Positions 16,584 to 26,068 of a DNA stretch of 64,000 nucleotides are shown here, in pieces; position 1 is the first letter of the stretch, and every line of letters starts with the position of its first letter. The stretch lies in the NCBI GenBank assembly GCA_001779925.1, contig MFEK01000014.1, forward strand, positions 152,168 through 216,167, written 5' to 3'. The notes under the pieces were generated by a model. The model was not told where the DNA came from. It did no database searches and was given only the letters and a program-made list of their open reading frames with translations. The position numbers and the translations under genes were made by a program. This DNA comes from Candidatus Doudnabacteria bacterium RIFCSPHIGHO2_01_FULL_46_14 (GTDB taxonomy: Bacteria > Patescibacteriota > Doudnabacteria > UBA920 > 2-01-FULL-46-14).

Positions 16584-17642
16584 ATGCCAGACGATGTTTT
16601 TAAATTGGGCAATTTCGAGGATTTAACCGGTTCGGACATGAAGGACGAGTTTGATAAATTCGACAAGCTCGACCAGGACATGTCGCAGGAGGTGGCCGCG
16701 GATATGCAGAGGATTGAGGATAGGCTGGAGGAGGCAGATTCTACACCTCCCGGCCATACGGTCATTCTCCCCTCTGACAAGGAGAGGGAAACAAGGAATG
16801 TAACTTTGCATTCAAAGATCAAAGCTGATCCGCAGGCCAAGTTTCGCTCGCCCTGGGACGGCCAGGCTCTTTTGGAAATAGATGTCAATAATATCGTGCC
16901 CAATGAATTTCAGCCGCGACGGATATTCAATCCCGAAAAACTTCAGGAGCTGGCGGAATCCATAAAAGAACACGGCATCATCCAGCCGATGGTTGTGACA
17001 GAGCGTGATGACGGCAAATACGAAATCCTTGTGGGGGAACGGCGGTTTCGCGCCTCCAAGCTGGCAGGACTCACGAAAGTCCCCGCTTTGGTCTCGCCAA
17101 AGATTAACGCAGAGCAGAAATTAGAAATCGCGCTTATTGAAAACGTCCAGCGCGCAGAGCTCAATCCCATTGAAGAAGCAAAGGCTTATGAGAGGCTGAT
17201 TAACGAATTTGGCTTGAAGGTTATTGATATTGCCAAACGCGTAGGTAAAAATCAATCGACTGTGTCGAATTTACTCCGCTTGCTTAACCTCCCTGTTGAG
17301 GTTCAGCGTGCGCTTATTGAGGAGAAAATCGCTGAGGGTCAAGCCCGGCCGCTCTTAACGCTGCGCGATAAAGAAGAGATGCTGGAAATGTTCAAGGTCG
17401 TTATGCGAGAGGGGATGAAGGTTCGGGACATCGAGGCCAAGGTTCGCGAGATTTCCCGGCGTAAAATCAAAGTGCGGGAAATGTTCACAGCAGACCCTTT
17501 CCTGACCTCGCTTGAGAACATGCTCCGAGGCAAGCTCGGTACTCGCGTTGAGGTCAGCAAAGGCGCAAAAGGCGCGGGTAGAATTACTATTGAGTTTTTC
17601 TCAGATGAAGAATTGAATAATATTGTGGGAAAAATTTCTTGA
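16584..17642 (+). CDS. parB: ParB/Spo0J partition protein with an acidic N-terminal extension
   Basis: PN.FQPR, GIIQP, GERRFRA, ENVQR.ELNPIEEA and an HTH. Confidence 0.95.
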   Translation: MPDDVFKLGNFEDLTGSDMKDEFDKFDKLDQDMSQEVAADMQRIEDRLEEADSTPPGHTVILPSDKERETRNVTLHSKIKADPQAKFRSPWDGQALLEIDVNNIVPNEFQPRRIFNPEKLQELAESIKEHGIIQPMVVTERDDGKYEILVGERRFRASKLAGLTKVPALVSPKINAEQKLEIALIENVQRAELNPIEEAKAYERLINEFGLKVIDIAKRVGKNQSTVSNLLRLLNLPVEVQRALIEEKIAEGQARPLLTLRDKEEMLEMFKVVMREGMKVRDIEAKVREISRRKIKVREMFTADPFLTSLENMLRGKLGTRVEVSKGAKGAGRITIEFFSDEELNNIVGKIS

Positions 17643-17648
17643 TTTAAT

Positions 17649-17731
17649 TTCCCCTCCTCATGAGGAGGGGCAGGGGAGGTCTGTGATTGCTCTGCGACCC
17701 CCTCTTAATCTCCCCCTCATGAGGGGGAGAA
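17649..17731. repeat. Palindromic element, close copy at 62095-62179
   Basis: ttcccctcct.atgaggagggg...gacccc...tctccccctcatgag.gggagaa shared. Confidence 0.85.
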
Positions 17732-17793
17732 AACGGATTGAGATTGTGTTTATACCCTGTTTATATCTTGTGGAAAAGCTGTGAATTTGTGCT

Positions 17794-17821
17794 TGACGCC
17801 TCTCCTTGCTGCTGTTAATAT
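17794..17821 (+). promoter_or_regulatory. Sigma70-type promoter of the tRNA-like unit
   Basis: TTGACG...TAATAT with about 16-17 nt spacing and a TG just upstream of the -10. Confidence 0.6.
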
Positions 17822-18009
17822 TGCCATCAGAGATTAACTAATAGCGCAGAATGAAAGAGTTTCGCCACATTGTAGTCGCTACCCGCAAGCCGAGCATTCT
17901 CGGTCTTGTTGAGTTTCGGCTGCATTATCGCGGAACCTAAAATCTTAGCTAAAAGCTAATCCCGCAGCAAAAACCAAGGTTCCGCCAAAAGCGGAATTTT
18001 GGTTAATAT

Positions 18010-18081
18010 GACGAGATAGTTCAATTGGTAGAACGGCGGCTTCCAAGCCGTAGGTTGTAGGTTCGATGCCTGCTCTCGTCG
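18010..18081 (+). tRNA. tRNA-like cloverleaf (Trp/Gly-like) with a 6-nt anticodon loop, no encoded CCA
   Basis: GACGAGA/TCTCGTC acceptor, GTTC/GAAC D-arm, GCGGC-TTCCAA-GCCGT, GTAGG-TTCGATG-CCTGC. Confidence 0.8.
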
Positions 18082-18199
18082 TTCAAGCAGTACATCTCAC
18101 CCCTAAAGGAGGACAAATTTAGTTTCGAGAAAGAAGTATTCGCACTGCCCAGCAACATCGGGTTCACGTTAACATTCGAAAGTAGGATTAGCAGGGCTT

Positions 18200-18427
18200 A
18201 TGGCGTCACAAGGAATACAACAGGTAGGAAAAGCTGAACCGTTGGAAATTAACGGACACAAAGTCAAATGGTGTCGAGGTGAAACCAGCGGCACCGTTCG
18301 CACTCCAGGCGTTTTTCAGTGCCAGAAATGCGGCGAGTAACACAAGGATACGAAGCATTTTGAAAGCGAGCGCTGCCCAAAAATTCAGCCAAATCATTCG
18401 GTCGGTAAAATGTACATCGCGGAATAG
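18200..18427 (+). pseudogene. Small Cys/His protein interrupted by an in-frame TAA
   Basis: MASQGIQ...FQCQKCGE*HKDTKHFESERCP...YIAE*. Confidence 0.4.
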
Positions 18428-18450
18428 AATACGGAGGAAAAGAAGCAGAA

Positions 18451-18753
18451 ATGGATCAAAGAATCACAATCCCTACTGAGTTGTTAAGGCAAATCGAGAC
18501 CAGAGAATCTCCCGATCTCGAGGCCTGGCTGAACAAAAGTGAGAAGATATTGCAGAATGTTCAGGATTACATTGTCCGTTTGGAATCGAAAGGTGATCCA
18601 CGTCATAAAGGCTCAATAGCGTACTTACAACCACGCTGTGATCGTCGGAAGCTGATGAATGAGCACATGCGTCGGGTCCTCAAGGAGCGGAATGATTCAG
18701 AAACCACCACACAACCGGCGCTAACTCTGAATTTTCGCGCCGCTGAAACTTAG
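18451..18753 (+). CDS. Hypothetical protein
   Basis: GGAGG upstream; 100-aa helical ORF. Confidence 0.65.
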   Translation: MDQRITIPTELLRQIETRESPDLEAWLNKSEKILQNVQDYIVRLESKGDPRHKGSIAYLQPRCDRRKLMNEHMRRVLKERNDSETTTQPALTLNFRAAET

Positions 18754-18764
18754 AAAGGAGAATC

Positions 18765-18953
18765 ATGCGAACGACAGTGCAGAAAAGTCCGGAAGAAGAG
18801 CTGCGCGAAATTGACAGCAAGCTCGCAAGAATCTGTTTGCAGCTCCAGAGCCCCAGGACAAAAGTATGTCGACTTACACTTTTGAACGATCGCCAACATC
18901 GTCTGAACCTTGAAGCCGCAAAGTTAGCGAAGCAATTGCGATTTGTTAACTAA
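18765..18953 (+). CDS. Hypothetical small protein
   Basis: AAAGGAG SD; followed by a terminator-like hairpin at about 18998-19052. Confidence 0.65.
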   Translation: MRTTVQKSPEEELREIDSKLARICLQLQSPRTKVCRLTLLNDRQHRLNLEAAKLAKQLRFVN

Positions 18954-19080
18954 CAGACTTCGCCTGGTCTCGAAACAATACATAGCGTTTAGGCGCTGGC
19001 GGCCGCATGATTTTGGATGATTCCAAAATTGAGCGGCCGTTTCTCTTTTTTTATTGGTATAAAAATGATAAAATGACGAA

Positions 19081-19160
19081 GTCATTCTCGCGAAAGTGGG
19101 AATCCATCTCCTGATCGCAGTCGAGGACAAGTCTGGATTCCGGATCAAGTCCGGAATGAC
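19081..19160. repeat. GTCATTC...GGATTCCGGATCAAGTCCGGAATGAC palindromic element
   Basis: Terminal inverted repeat; identical right arm at 33516-33542. Confidence 0.8.
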
Positions 19161-19169
19161 AATACATGA

Positions 19170-19243
19170 CGGGCTGTCGTATAGTGGTAGTACGCATGCA
19201 TGGGGTGCATGTAGTCCGAGTTCGATTCTCGGCAGCCCGACCA
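19170..19243 (+). tRNA. tRNA-Pro(GGG)
   Basis: CGGGCTG/CAGCCCG acceptor, CATGC-ATGGGGT-GCATG anticodon arm, TTCGATT and CCA. Confidence 0.95.
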
Positions 19244-19265
19244 AAGGTGAATTAAGTTATTTAGC

Positions 19266-20453
19266 ATGAGCAAATACTTAGCAGATTATGGAGATAACAC
19301 AAATTTCGTGGACGGCGAAGGTTGTTTTTTGATTGATAAGAATGGTAAAAAATATATTGATTTTCTCGGCGGGTGGTGCGTTTCCACGGTAGGCTGGAAG
19401 CATCCGAAAATGATGGAGGTCTTGCAAAGCACGGGGAATCGCGGGTTCTATATCCCTCCTTCTTACAGTTGGCCGGAATGGGAGAGTTTTGCAAAACTTT
19501 TGGCAGATATCACACCTGGTAAATTGCAAAAAGTATTTCGCACAACGTCTGGATCAGAAGCAGTGGAGATGGCCATAAAAATTGCGAGAGCCGCAACTGG
19601 CAGAAAAAAAATCGTCTCTATTGATGAGGAGTACCATGGTCATACATACGGCGCGTTATCAGTCGGCTCGGCTTTGACCTCTGCTATTGCTCCAGGCGTG
19701 CCGGAGATGCTCAAGCTTCCGCTGCCGAACGTGGGCAACGCCGAGGACGTAATCGCGCAGTTTGAAAAAATAGCCAGTGCCGGAGATCTGGCCGCCTTTC
19801 TGGGCGAGCCGGTTTTTACGAACAGTGGTACATTTGTTCCCCCGGCAGATTTTTACCCGCGCATTGCTGAGATTTGTAAACAAAACGGCACCCTGTTCGT
19901 CATGGATGAGGTGGCAACCGGCTTTGGCAGAACAGGAAAATTGTTTGCCTCCGAGCATTGGAATCTCGAGCCAGACATTATGTGTCTGGCAAAAGGTTTT
20001 TCCGGCGGGTATGCAACCATTGGCGCTACCATTGTTACCGAGGAGGTGGCAAATAGAGTTTTTGAAAAAGGCGGATATTTTCCGTATTACTCGACCTTTG
20101 GGTGGATGCCTGATGATATGATTATAACCCGCAAGAATGTTGAGCTGGTTTGCGAGCTGAAACTTTGGGAAAACGCGGAATCGGTCGGAAAATATTTACT
20201 GACACTGCTCAAGCCACTCGAGGATCTCGCGAAAGTCAAAGAGGTCAGAGGTATCGGCATGTTGTTTGCTATTGAGCTAAAAGATAAAAGTTTAACAGGG
20301 AAGATTTCTTCTGAAGTTTTAAAAAATGGTCTGGTGGTAGATACTGCTTCACCGGAAATTTTATTTTTCAGCCCGCCGCTGATCATGGATAAGGAAACTG
20401 CGACAAAAGGCGCGAGGATTTTATCGGAAGTAATTAAAAAACACTGCTCATGA
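19266..20453 (+). CDS. Class III PLP aminotransferase (ArgD/GabT-like)
   Basis: SGSEAVE.AIK, YHG.T, DEV.TGFGRTG and PDI..LAKG motifs. Confidence 0.92.
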   Translation: MSKYLADYGDNTNFVDGEGCFLIDKNGKKYIDFLGGWCVSTVGWKHPKMMEVLQSTGNRGFYIPPSYSWPEWESFAKLLADITPGKLQKVFRTTSGSEAVEMAIKIARAATGRKKIVSIDEEYHGHTYGALSVGSALTSAIAPGVPEMLKLPLPNVGNAEDVIAQFEKIASAGDLAAFLGEPVFTNSGTFVPPADFYPRIAEICKQNGTLFVMDEVATGFGRTGKLFASEHWNLEPDIMCLAKGFSGGYATIGATIVTEEVANRVFEKGGYFPYYSTFGWMPDDMIITRKNVELVCELKLWENAESVGKYLLTLLKPLEDLAKVKEVRGIGMLFAIELKDKSLTGKISSEVLKNGLVVDTASPEILFFSPPLIMDKETATKGARILSEVIKKHCS

Positions 20454-21652
20454 GAAATAAGATTATAATTGCAATATTAGGATTAGTAGTCGCAGGAATG
20501 GTTGCATACAAGATAACCTCCCTCAGCCATGTTCCTTCCCGAGGAGGGGAGAAGGAGGGAGCCGCGGAGTCTGTTCAGGATTTTGTAAATCAAACTTTCG
20601 TGGATAACAGGGGGGCGGATGTTGCGACTTCGACAACCCCCTCCCAACCCTCACACCGGCCGAATACAGCCGATCCCTCTCCCGAACCGGGAGAGGGTAA
20701 TAATGTTGCCGGTGCTGTGTGCACCGGCGCTGAACAGTCGGACTTTGATTGCTACCAGCTCTATTATCAGGGCATTGTCAAAGATCAGGGCTTGGCCATA
20801 GCTTTCGCAGATTTGCGTAAACGCTATGGCGAGAACAGTTATGTGCAGTCCCAATGCCACCCCTTAACGCACGTCATCGGCAATGAGGCTGCCAAAAAAT
20901 TCGCAGATGTGGCCGATGCATACGCGCAAGGCGATGCGTTTTGCTGGTCAGGTTATTATCACGGCGTACTCGAAGGAATCATCGGCCGAATTGGCCTCGG
21001 GAAACTCAATTCGCAAATGGATGATATCTGTAAATCGCTAGCGCAAAAAAGCCGTTATTCTTTTGACCATTACAACTGCGTGCACGGTTTAGGTCATGGG
21101 GTTATGGCAATTTATGATAATGAGCTATTTGAATCACTCGAGGTTTGCGATAAAGTCTCGGACAGCTGGGAGCGTTCTTCCTGCTGGAGCGGGGCGTTTA
21201 TGGAAAACGTAATCGTGGATAATAAATACCATTTTTCAAAATATTTGAAACCTGAGGATCCGCTTTATCCGTGCAATGCCGTGGGCGAGAATTACCGCGG
21301 AATCTGCTACCTCATGCAGACCTCATACATGCTCAAGGTCACCAACGGCGATTTTGCGCGGGTTTTTGAGCTGTGTTCCACAGTGGAAGAAATTCACCGC
21401 AATACCTGTTACCAGAGCCTTGGTCGTGATGTGTCAGGTCGCAGTCTTTCCAATGTCGCGCAGACCAAACTCAACTGCGGTCTCGGCAAAACCATAGATC
21501 AGCGGGAGCACTGCATCATTGGCGCGGTGAAAGATTTCATTTCATATCTGCATGATGATGTGCGCGCCAAAGAGCTTTGCGAGGTCATGGACGAGCAAAA
21601 ATTAAAAGACACCTGCTACAGTACCGCAGACTCGTACTACAAACTTTTTTGA
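20450..21652 (+). CDS. Exported Cys/His-rich helical-repeat protein
   Basis: N-terminal TM; CHPLTHVIG, CWSGYYHG and CVHGLGHG motifs. Confidence 0.75.
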   Translation: MRNKIIIAILGLVVAGMVAYKITSLSHVPSRGGEKEGAAESVQDFVNQTFVDNRGADVATSTTPSQPSHRPNTADPSPEPGEGNNVAGAVCTGAEQSDFDCYQLYYQGIVKDQGLAIAFADLRKRYGENSYVQSQCHPLTHVIGNEAAKKFADVADAYAQGDAFCWSGYYHGVLEGIIGRIGLGKLNSQMDDICKSLAQKSRYSFDHYNCVHGLGHGVMAIYDNELFESLEVCDKVSDSWERSSCWSGAFMENVIVDNKYHFSKYLKPEDPLYPCNAVGENYRGICYLMQTSYMLKVTNGDFARVFELCSTVEEIHRNTCYQSLGRDVSGRSLSNVAQTKLNCGLGKTIDQREHCIIGAVKDFISYLHDDVRAKELCEVMDEQKLKDTCYSTADSYYKLF

Positions 21653-22827
21653 AGGCGGCGGCGAAACCGCCATTCGTTGAGAAAATCCGCGAACAGAACA
21701 GTGAGGCCGGCGACTATTGACTCGGTAGAGCCGATACCTGCCAAAACCCAGCCGTTATGCATGAGTCCTGAGAGCGCGCCTGCGATGCCCATGAAAGGAG
21801 CAAGGCCAGCTCCCAACAACAGCCCCAGCCGGGCAGGGTTGGTAAAGTCTTGGCGGAGGGCGAGCCGGGCCAAGGAAGTGTTTCTGTTGGTTACAACCTT
21901 TCCTTCAATGGAGAGTTTTTTTAGGTTGGATAAATACATGAAATAGGACTGGATTGCCGTGGTTAGAGACAAAGCCACAGCAGACAGACCAAAGACAACA
22001 CCTGCGAGGATTAGCCTATCATGCTCAATAAAGCCTTCCACGGAAAAAGCGCCCCATGTAGCCAGTGCAAATACCGGAATAAGTATGCGCGATCTTTTAG
22101 CGAGTTGTTTCCAGGTAAATCCGCTTCCGCGCAGGGCGGAAAGTTCTGCGGTTTCGCCTAAAAGGTCGTCAGCGCTAGCCGCAAAGATTTTGCCGATCCC
22201 AGCCGCGAATTTTTCCAGGATATGGGCAACAGGACCGATGATCAAAAGCGCTTTGATGATGCCCTGGGCAATGCGGGTGCGCTCGCGCGCGTTGTCCGCA
22301 ACTACGCGGAACACCGAATAATCGATCGCGAGCGGGTAAATTATCTCGGAAAGCTCGGTCATGAATTGCTGTTCGTTTGGGGTGATGCCGATGTTTTCTT
22401 CGTCAATGAGCACGAGTCTTTTAAATCGCAGACGGTCGCGCAATATCGTTTCGACTGCTTTTTCCAGATTTTCGCCGCGCTCATTGGCTGCTTCCAAATC
22501 CTGGCGTATAAAAACCGGGCGGTGCTTGCTGCGCAGAAGCTCCGGAAGCCAGGTGATGATGTAATTGCCCTGGCTATGGACGCTGATGGTATGCACGGCC
22601 TGTAGAATATTTTCCGGCGTCCGGAGCACTGTACGAACGCCTATCGCTTTGCCCTCAGAGAGGATTTTTTTAATCCGGGGCTGGTACTGCGGATATTTTC
22701 TGAGAATGTATTGAATCTCGATAGGCAGATCGATTTCAAAATCGAGTTCTTCCGGCAGAGAAACCACGTCCACGCGGTATGTTCCGGCAGGCGATATTTT
22801 TTTTGGTCTAGTGAAGCGTTCGAGCAT
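21637..22827 (-). CDS. Hypothetical protein with a C-terminal membrane domain
   Basis: 396-aa ORF with a hydrophobic C-terminal half. Confidence 0.7.
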   Translation of the reverse strand: MLERFTRPKKISPAGTYRVDVVSLPEELDFEIDLPIEIQYILRKYPQYQPRIKKILSEGKAIGVRTVLRTPENILQAVHTISVHSQGNYIITWLPELLRSKHRPVFIRQDLEAANERGENLEKAVETILRDRLRFKRLVLIDEENIGITPNEQQFMTELSEIIYPLAIDYSVFRVVADNARERTRIAQGIIKALLIIGPVAHILEKFAAGIGKIFAASADDLLGETAELSALRGSGFTWKQLAKRSRILIPVFALATWGAFSVEGFIEHDRLILAGVVFGLSAVALSLTTAIQSYFMYLSNLKKLSIEGKVVTNRNTSLARLALRQDFTNPARLGLLLGAGLAPFMGIAGALSGLMHNGWVLAGIGSTESIVAGLTVLFADFLNEWRFRRRLQKSL

Positions 22828-22829
22828 TT

Positions 22830-22932
22830 ACCCGCCTAAATTTCCTGAATAAGTTGATGGAAAATTTTGATCATTGTATCTTTGTAAATTGCCCCGCCCC
22901 TCAAATTAAATCGCAAGGAAATTTTGGAGGGT
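22830..22932 (-). mobile_element. MITE-like ACCC(A/T)CCAAAATTT...AAATTTAGGCGGGT element
   Basis: Same TIRs as 37949, 40506 and 40964; ends 2 nt before an ATG. Confidence 0.75.
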
Positions 22933-22960
22933 AAATCAAATACCCCGTTAAACGGGGTAT

Positions 22961-23167
22961 TTATGCTGGCTGCAGGGTTTTAATTTTGCCAGCGGTAAAA
23001 GATTTGATACATTTGGTGCAGGCCTTGATTCTCTTGCCTGGGGCGATGGTCAGCCACTGAAGATTGACCTGCTGGCGTCTGATCGTTGCCTGCATTGAAT
23101 GTGAGCGGTCAAAAATTTTTTTGTATCCTTTGCCGCAGAGTCTGCAAGCTTTATTAGGTGTAATCAT
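22961..23167 (-). CDS. rpmB: 50S ribosomal protein L28 (Zn-type)
   Basis: CRLCGK...RSHS..T.RRQ.VNLQ...CTKCIK. Confidence 0.88.
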   Translation of the reverse strand: MITPNKACRLCGKGYKKIFDRSHSMQATIRRQQVNLQWLTIAPGKRIKACTKCIKSFTAGKIKTLQPA

Positions 23168-23298
23168 AATTGTTCGTATATAATAACTAATGTTGGGGTT
23201 TTTGTAAAGTGCGAGCATTAACTTAGAACTCATAAGCTCAGATGTCAAAACATAATTCAAAGTTCTGAGTTCTGACATATAAGATTTAACATAAGCCA

Positions 23299-23916
23299 AT
23301 GGAAATCATAATCACGTTAGTCATTCTCTTATTTTCTGCAGTCATCCACGAGGTCTGCCACGGCGTTATGGCTTACCGGCTTGGAGATGACACTGCAAAG
23401 ATGTCCGGACGGCTGACCCTAAACCCTATTCCCCATCTCGACCCATTCGCCTCGATCTTACTCCCTCTTTTTCTCGTCTGGGCTGGTTCCCCGATCATTT
23501 TCGGTTCGGCCAAACCCGTGCCAGTAAATTTTTTCAACCTCAGAAATCCCAAGCGCGACATGGCGCTTGTGTCGCTTGCGGGTCCTGCGTCCAATTTTCT
23601 CCTAGCCCTGGCATTCGCAATTCCCATTCGTTTGGGATTTATTGATAGTTCCACTCTCGGTTACGCAATCCTCATTCAGGCCGTGATTTTGAATCTTTCT
23701 TTGGGGATTTTCAATCTCCTACCCATCCCGCCTCTCGACGGCTCGAAAATTTTTGCCAGTTTTCTGCCAGGGAATATGATGTACCAGATTCTAAGCCTGG
23801 AGCGGTTCGGATTTATTTTGATAATTTTATTTCTCTACACCGGAATCATCCACAGTGTTCTCATCCCGATTTTGAATTTTTTTCTTCAGCTTTTCGCGGG
23901 GATTTCGATTTTTTAA
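23299..23916 (+). CDS. Site-2 protease (M50 family)
   Basis: HEVCH, GRLTLNP and NLLPIPPLDG motifs. Confidence 0.93.
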   Translation: MEIIITLVILLFSAVIHEVCHGVMAYRLGDDTAKMSGRLTLNPIPHLDPFASILLPLFLVWAGSPIIFGSAKPVPVNFFNLRNPKRDMALVSLAGPASNFLLALAFAIPIRLGFIDSSTLGYAILIQAVILNLSLGIFNLLPIPPLDGSKIFASFLPGNMMYQILSLERFGFILIILFLYTGIIHSVLIPILNFFLQLFAGISIF

Positions 23917-24040
23917 ACCTAAAATGACATAGTACAATTCCCTCCAAAGGCGGGCAAGCGCGCGAGTTGTACTATGCACAAAAAAATAAAAAACGGCCTT
24001 CAAGCATACTGTTTTAGCGAAGGCCGTTTTGTAGTTGATA

Positions 24041-25573
24041 CTAGAGAGCGCTTTTTACGCGGCGGTTGAGTTCCGCGTCCGTTGCGGAAAGCGCGAGGCT
24101 TTTCGGCAGGGGAACCAGGTCATAACCGAAATGCTTCCGGCGCAGAGCGCGGTAGTCAGCGGCTGAATCCAGGCGGATGCGCCACACGCCGCCGGACATG
24201 GGATGAATGTGTTTGTGTCCCATGAACCGATTGAAAATCTGGAAAGCCCCCCCTTGCAGGCAAATGGAATCGAATTTGTTGCGCCCGAATCTCCGTAGCA
24301 TAGTCGCGCCCAGATGTGGCAGGGAATAAAACCTGCGGTAGCTTTCAAACAGCAGATCGTCGAGCTCGGTGCTGGAGAGATCGTGTTTCCAGGTGAGAGT
24401 CGTGGCATCGAAGCGGTCCAGGTTTGGCTCGGTGATCCGGCCTTCTGCCAGGAACTCGTCGTACTGCGCTGTGCCCGGGATCGGACAGAGGATGTAAAAC
24501 GAGACGATGTCAGGATCGATTTCACGCAGAATACGATTGTGATCGAGGATATCTTGGCGGCTCTGCCCGGGAAACCCGATGATGTTGGAAAAGTGGGTGG
24601 TAATGCCGTTTTCGCGGCATAGACGGACGATGTTTTTGTATTGACTGGGATGATTTTGGGTTTTGTGCGCGGCCAGCAAAACATCCCGCCGGAACGATTC
24701 CACCCCGACAAACATCTGGAAACAGCCGGCCCGTCCCAGCAGCCGCACCAGATTTTCATCCTTTGATATCTGAGTATCGCATTGCACGAAAAACGGAATG
24801 TTGATCTGTTCGGCAATCATCTGTTCGAGGAGTTCTTCTATTTCCGCGTATTTGTTGGCATTGTCCGAAACGAACGCGACCATTCGAATTTTAGCCGTTT
24901 TTGCCGCGCGGAGACTTGCCATGGTTGTTTCCACGCTTTGACTACGGATCTGCCGCCCCGCGATTTTGATCACGGAACAGAAATTGCATGTGAATGGGCA
25001 GCCGCGTGCCGGGTAAATCCCAAGCATCGGTACCACGTAGCGCCGCAGGGCCTCCCGGGAAGGCGGGATGAGCACTGGCGCATCAAGTTCTTTGGCCCAT
25101 CTCTGCGCGGCGCCGTAAACTGGCTGGAGCTGGCCGCGGATTGCATCTCTCAAAATCGTTGGCCAGATTGTTTCCGCTTCAGCGAGGGCAAAACTCACGC
25201 CACGGTTTTGGAGCATGCTGGTATCGCAAGTCATCGCATGCGGCCCGCCGATCACACAGTTTTGCACCCCGCTCTCGCGAGCCAAGGCCGCCAGGTCAAG
25301 CGATCGCTGGAATTGGTGGGACTGAGCCCCGACCACAGCCAGCAGAGTGGGGGTCGCTGGGTTTTTTAGCAGATCCAGGTAAGCGAGATCTGTCTGGACG
25401 TATTCATCGATAGAGTGCGTGTTTATCAGCACGCTATCCACCACGTCCGGAGTCATGCTCCGAATATACGGGACCGTGCTGTTCGGCATGAAACCTTTGA
25501 GGAATCTTTCAACATAGCCATCCGGTCCGTACTTGCTGGGTTTCAGGATCACTACATCTAGTGTCTGTTTCAT
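24041..25573 (-). CDS. B12-binding-type radical SAM protein
   Basis: RGCPFTCNFC and GGPH motifs; SD AAGGAGG before MKQ at 25573. Confidence 0.88.
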   Translation of the reverse strand: MKQTLDVVILKPSKYGPDGYVERFLKGFMPNSTVPYIRSMTPDVVDSVLINTHSIDEYVQTDLAYLDLLKNPATPTLLAVVGAQSHQFQRSLDLAALARESGVQNCVIGGPHAMTCDTSMLQNRGVSFALAEAETIWPTILRDAIRGQLQPVYGAAQRWAKELDAPVLIPPSREALRRYVVPMLGIYPARGCPFTCNFCSVIKIAGRQIRSQSVETTMASLRAAKTAKIRMVAFVSDNANKYAEIEELLEQMIAEQINIPFFVQCDTQISKDENLVRLLGRAGCFQMFVGVESFRRDVLLAAHKTQNHPSQYKNIVRLCRENGITTHFSNIIGFPGQSRQDILDHNRILREIDPDIVSFYILCPIPGTAQYDEFLAEGRITEPNLDRFDATTLTWKHDLSSTELDDLLFESYRRFYSLPHLGATMLRRFGRNKFDSICLQGGAFQIFNRFMGHKHIHPMSGGVWRIRLDSAADYRALRRKHFGYDLVPLPKSLALSATDAELNRRVKSAL

Positions 25574-25730
25574 TATTGCCTCCTTGGGCAAAGGTTGTAC
25601 TGGCACAATCGTCCCATAAAATCGCCATATATACAAGATTTTTAACACCTCAACCGCTGGATGAGGCGTTGCTTCTACTGCTGGTATTTGCTAGTATTGT
25701 TTCTTGTTGACAAAAAAAGGGGGATTTGTG

Positions 25731-25952
25731 ATGGACGCAAAAATGAGCAGTTTGGAAAAAAAGGTGACCGTGGGCTTTGTATTCATGGGTTTCGGTTTGG
25801 GAGGGCTGGTAGGCATCGCAACCGTCGTCCTCTTCACCAATATAAAAGATCTATTGTCTGCGATTCTGGCCTCGCTGGCATCAGCCATCGTTGTGTCCTG
25901 GGTATTTACCGCAATGATGGTGCCAAGGCTGAAACGATTGAATCTGAAATGA
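25731..25952 (+). CDS. Small two-TM protein
   Basis: Two hydrophobic helices; GGGGG upstream. Confidence 0.55.
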   Translation: MDAKMSSLEKKVTVGFVFMGFGLGGLVGIATVVLFTNIKDLLSAILASLASAIVVSWVFTAMMVPRLKRLNLK

Positions 25953-26039
25953 GAAAAAGGAGGTAAACGCGAATCGAACCAGACTTTGTTTTCCGAATGT
26001 GCCGCATGAGCGTACGCTAATGCGGCACTAATTTTATTA

Positions 26040-26068
26040 TTGACAGCGTGGTATGTTATTTGTATAAT
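26040..26068 (+). promoter_or_regulatory. str operon promoter
   Basis: Perfect TTGACA-N17-TATAAT. Confidence 0.85.

Noticed and set aside
17750-17790. DnaA-box-like TGTGGAAAA near parB as oriC
   Set aside because: Only one good match, with no box cluster or dnaA in the window.
18924-19244. 106-aa minus-strand ORF
   Set aside because: Antisense to tRNA-Pro and a palindromic repeat.
24055-25413. Long alternative-frame and antisense ORFs in the radical SAM gene
   Set aside because: Expected shadows in GC-rich coding DNA; no motifs or SD.
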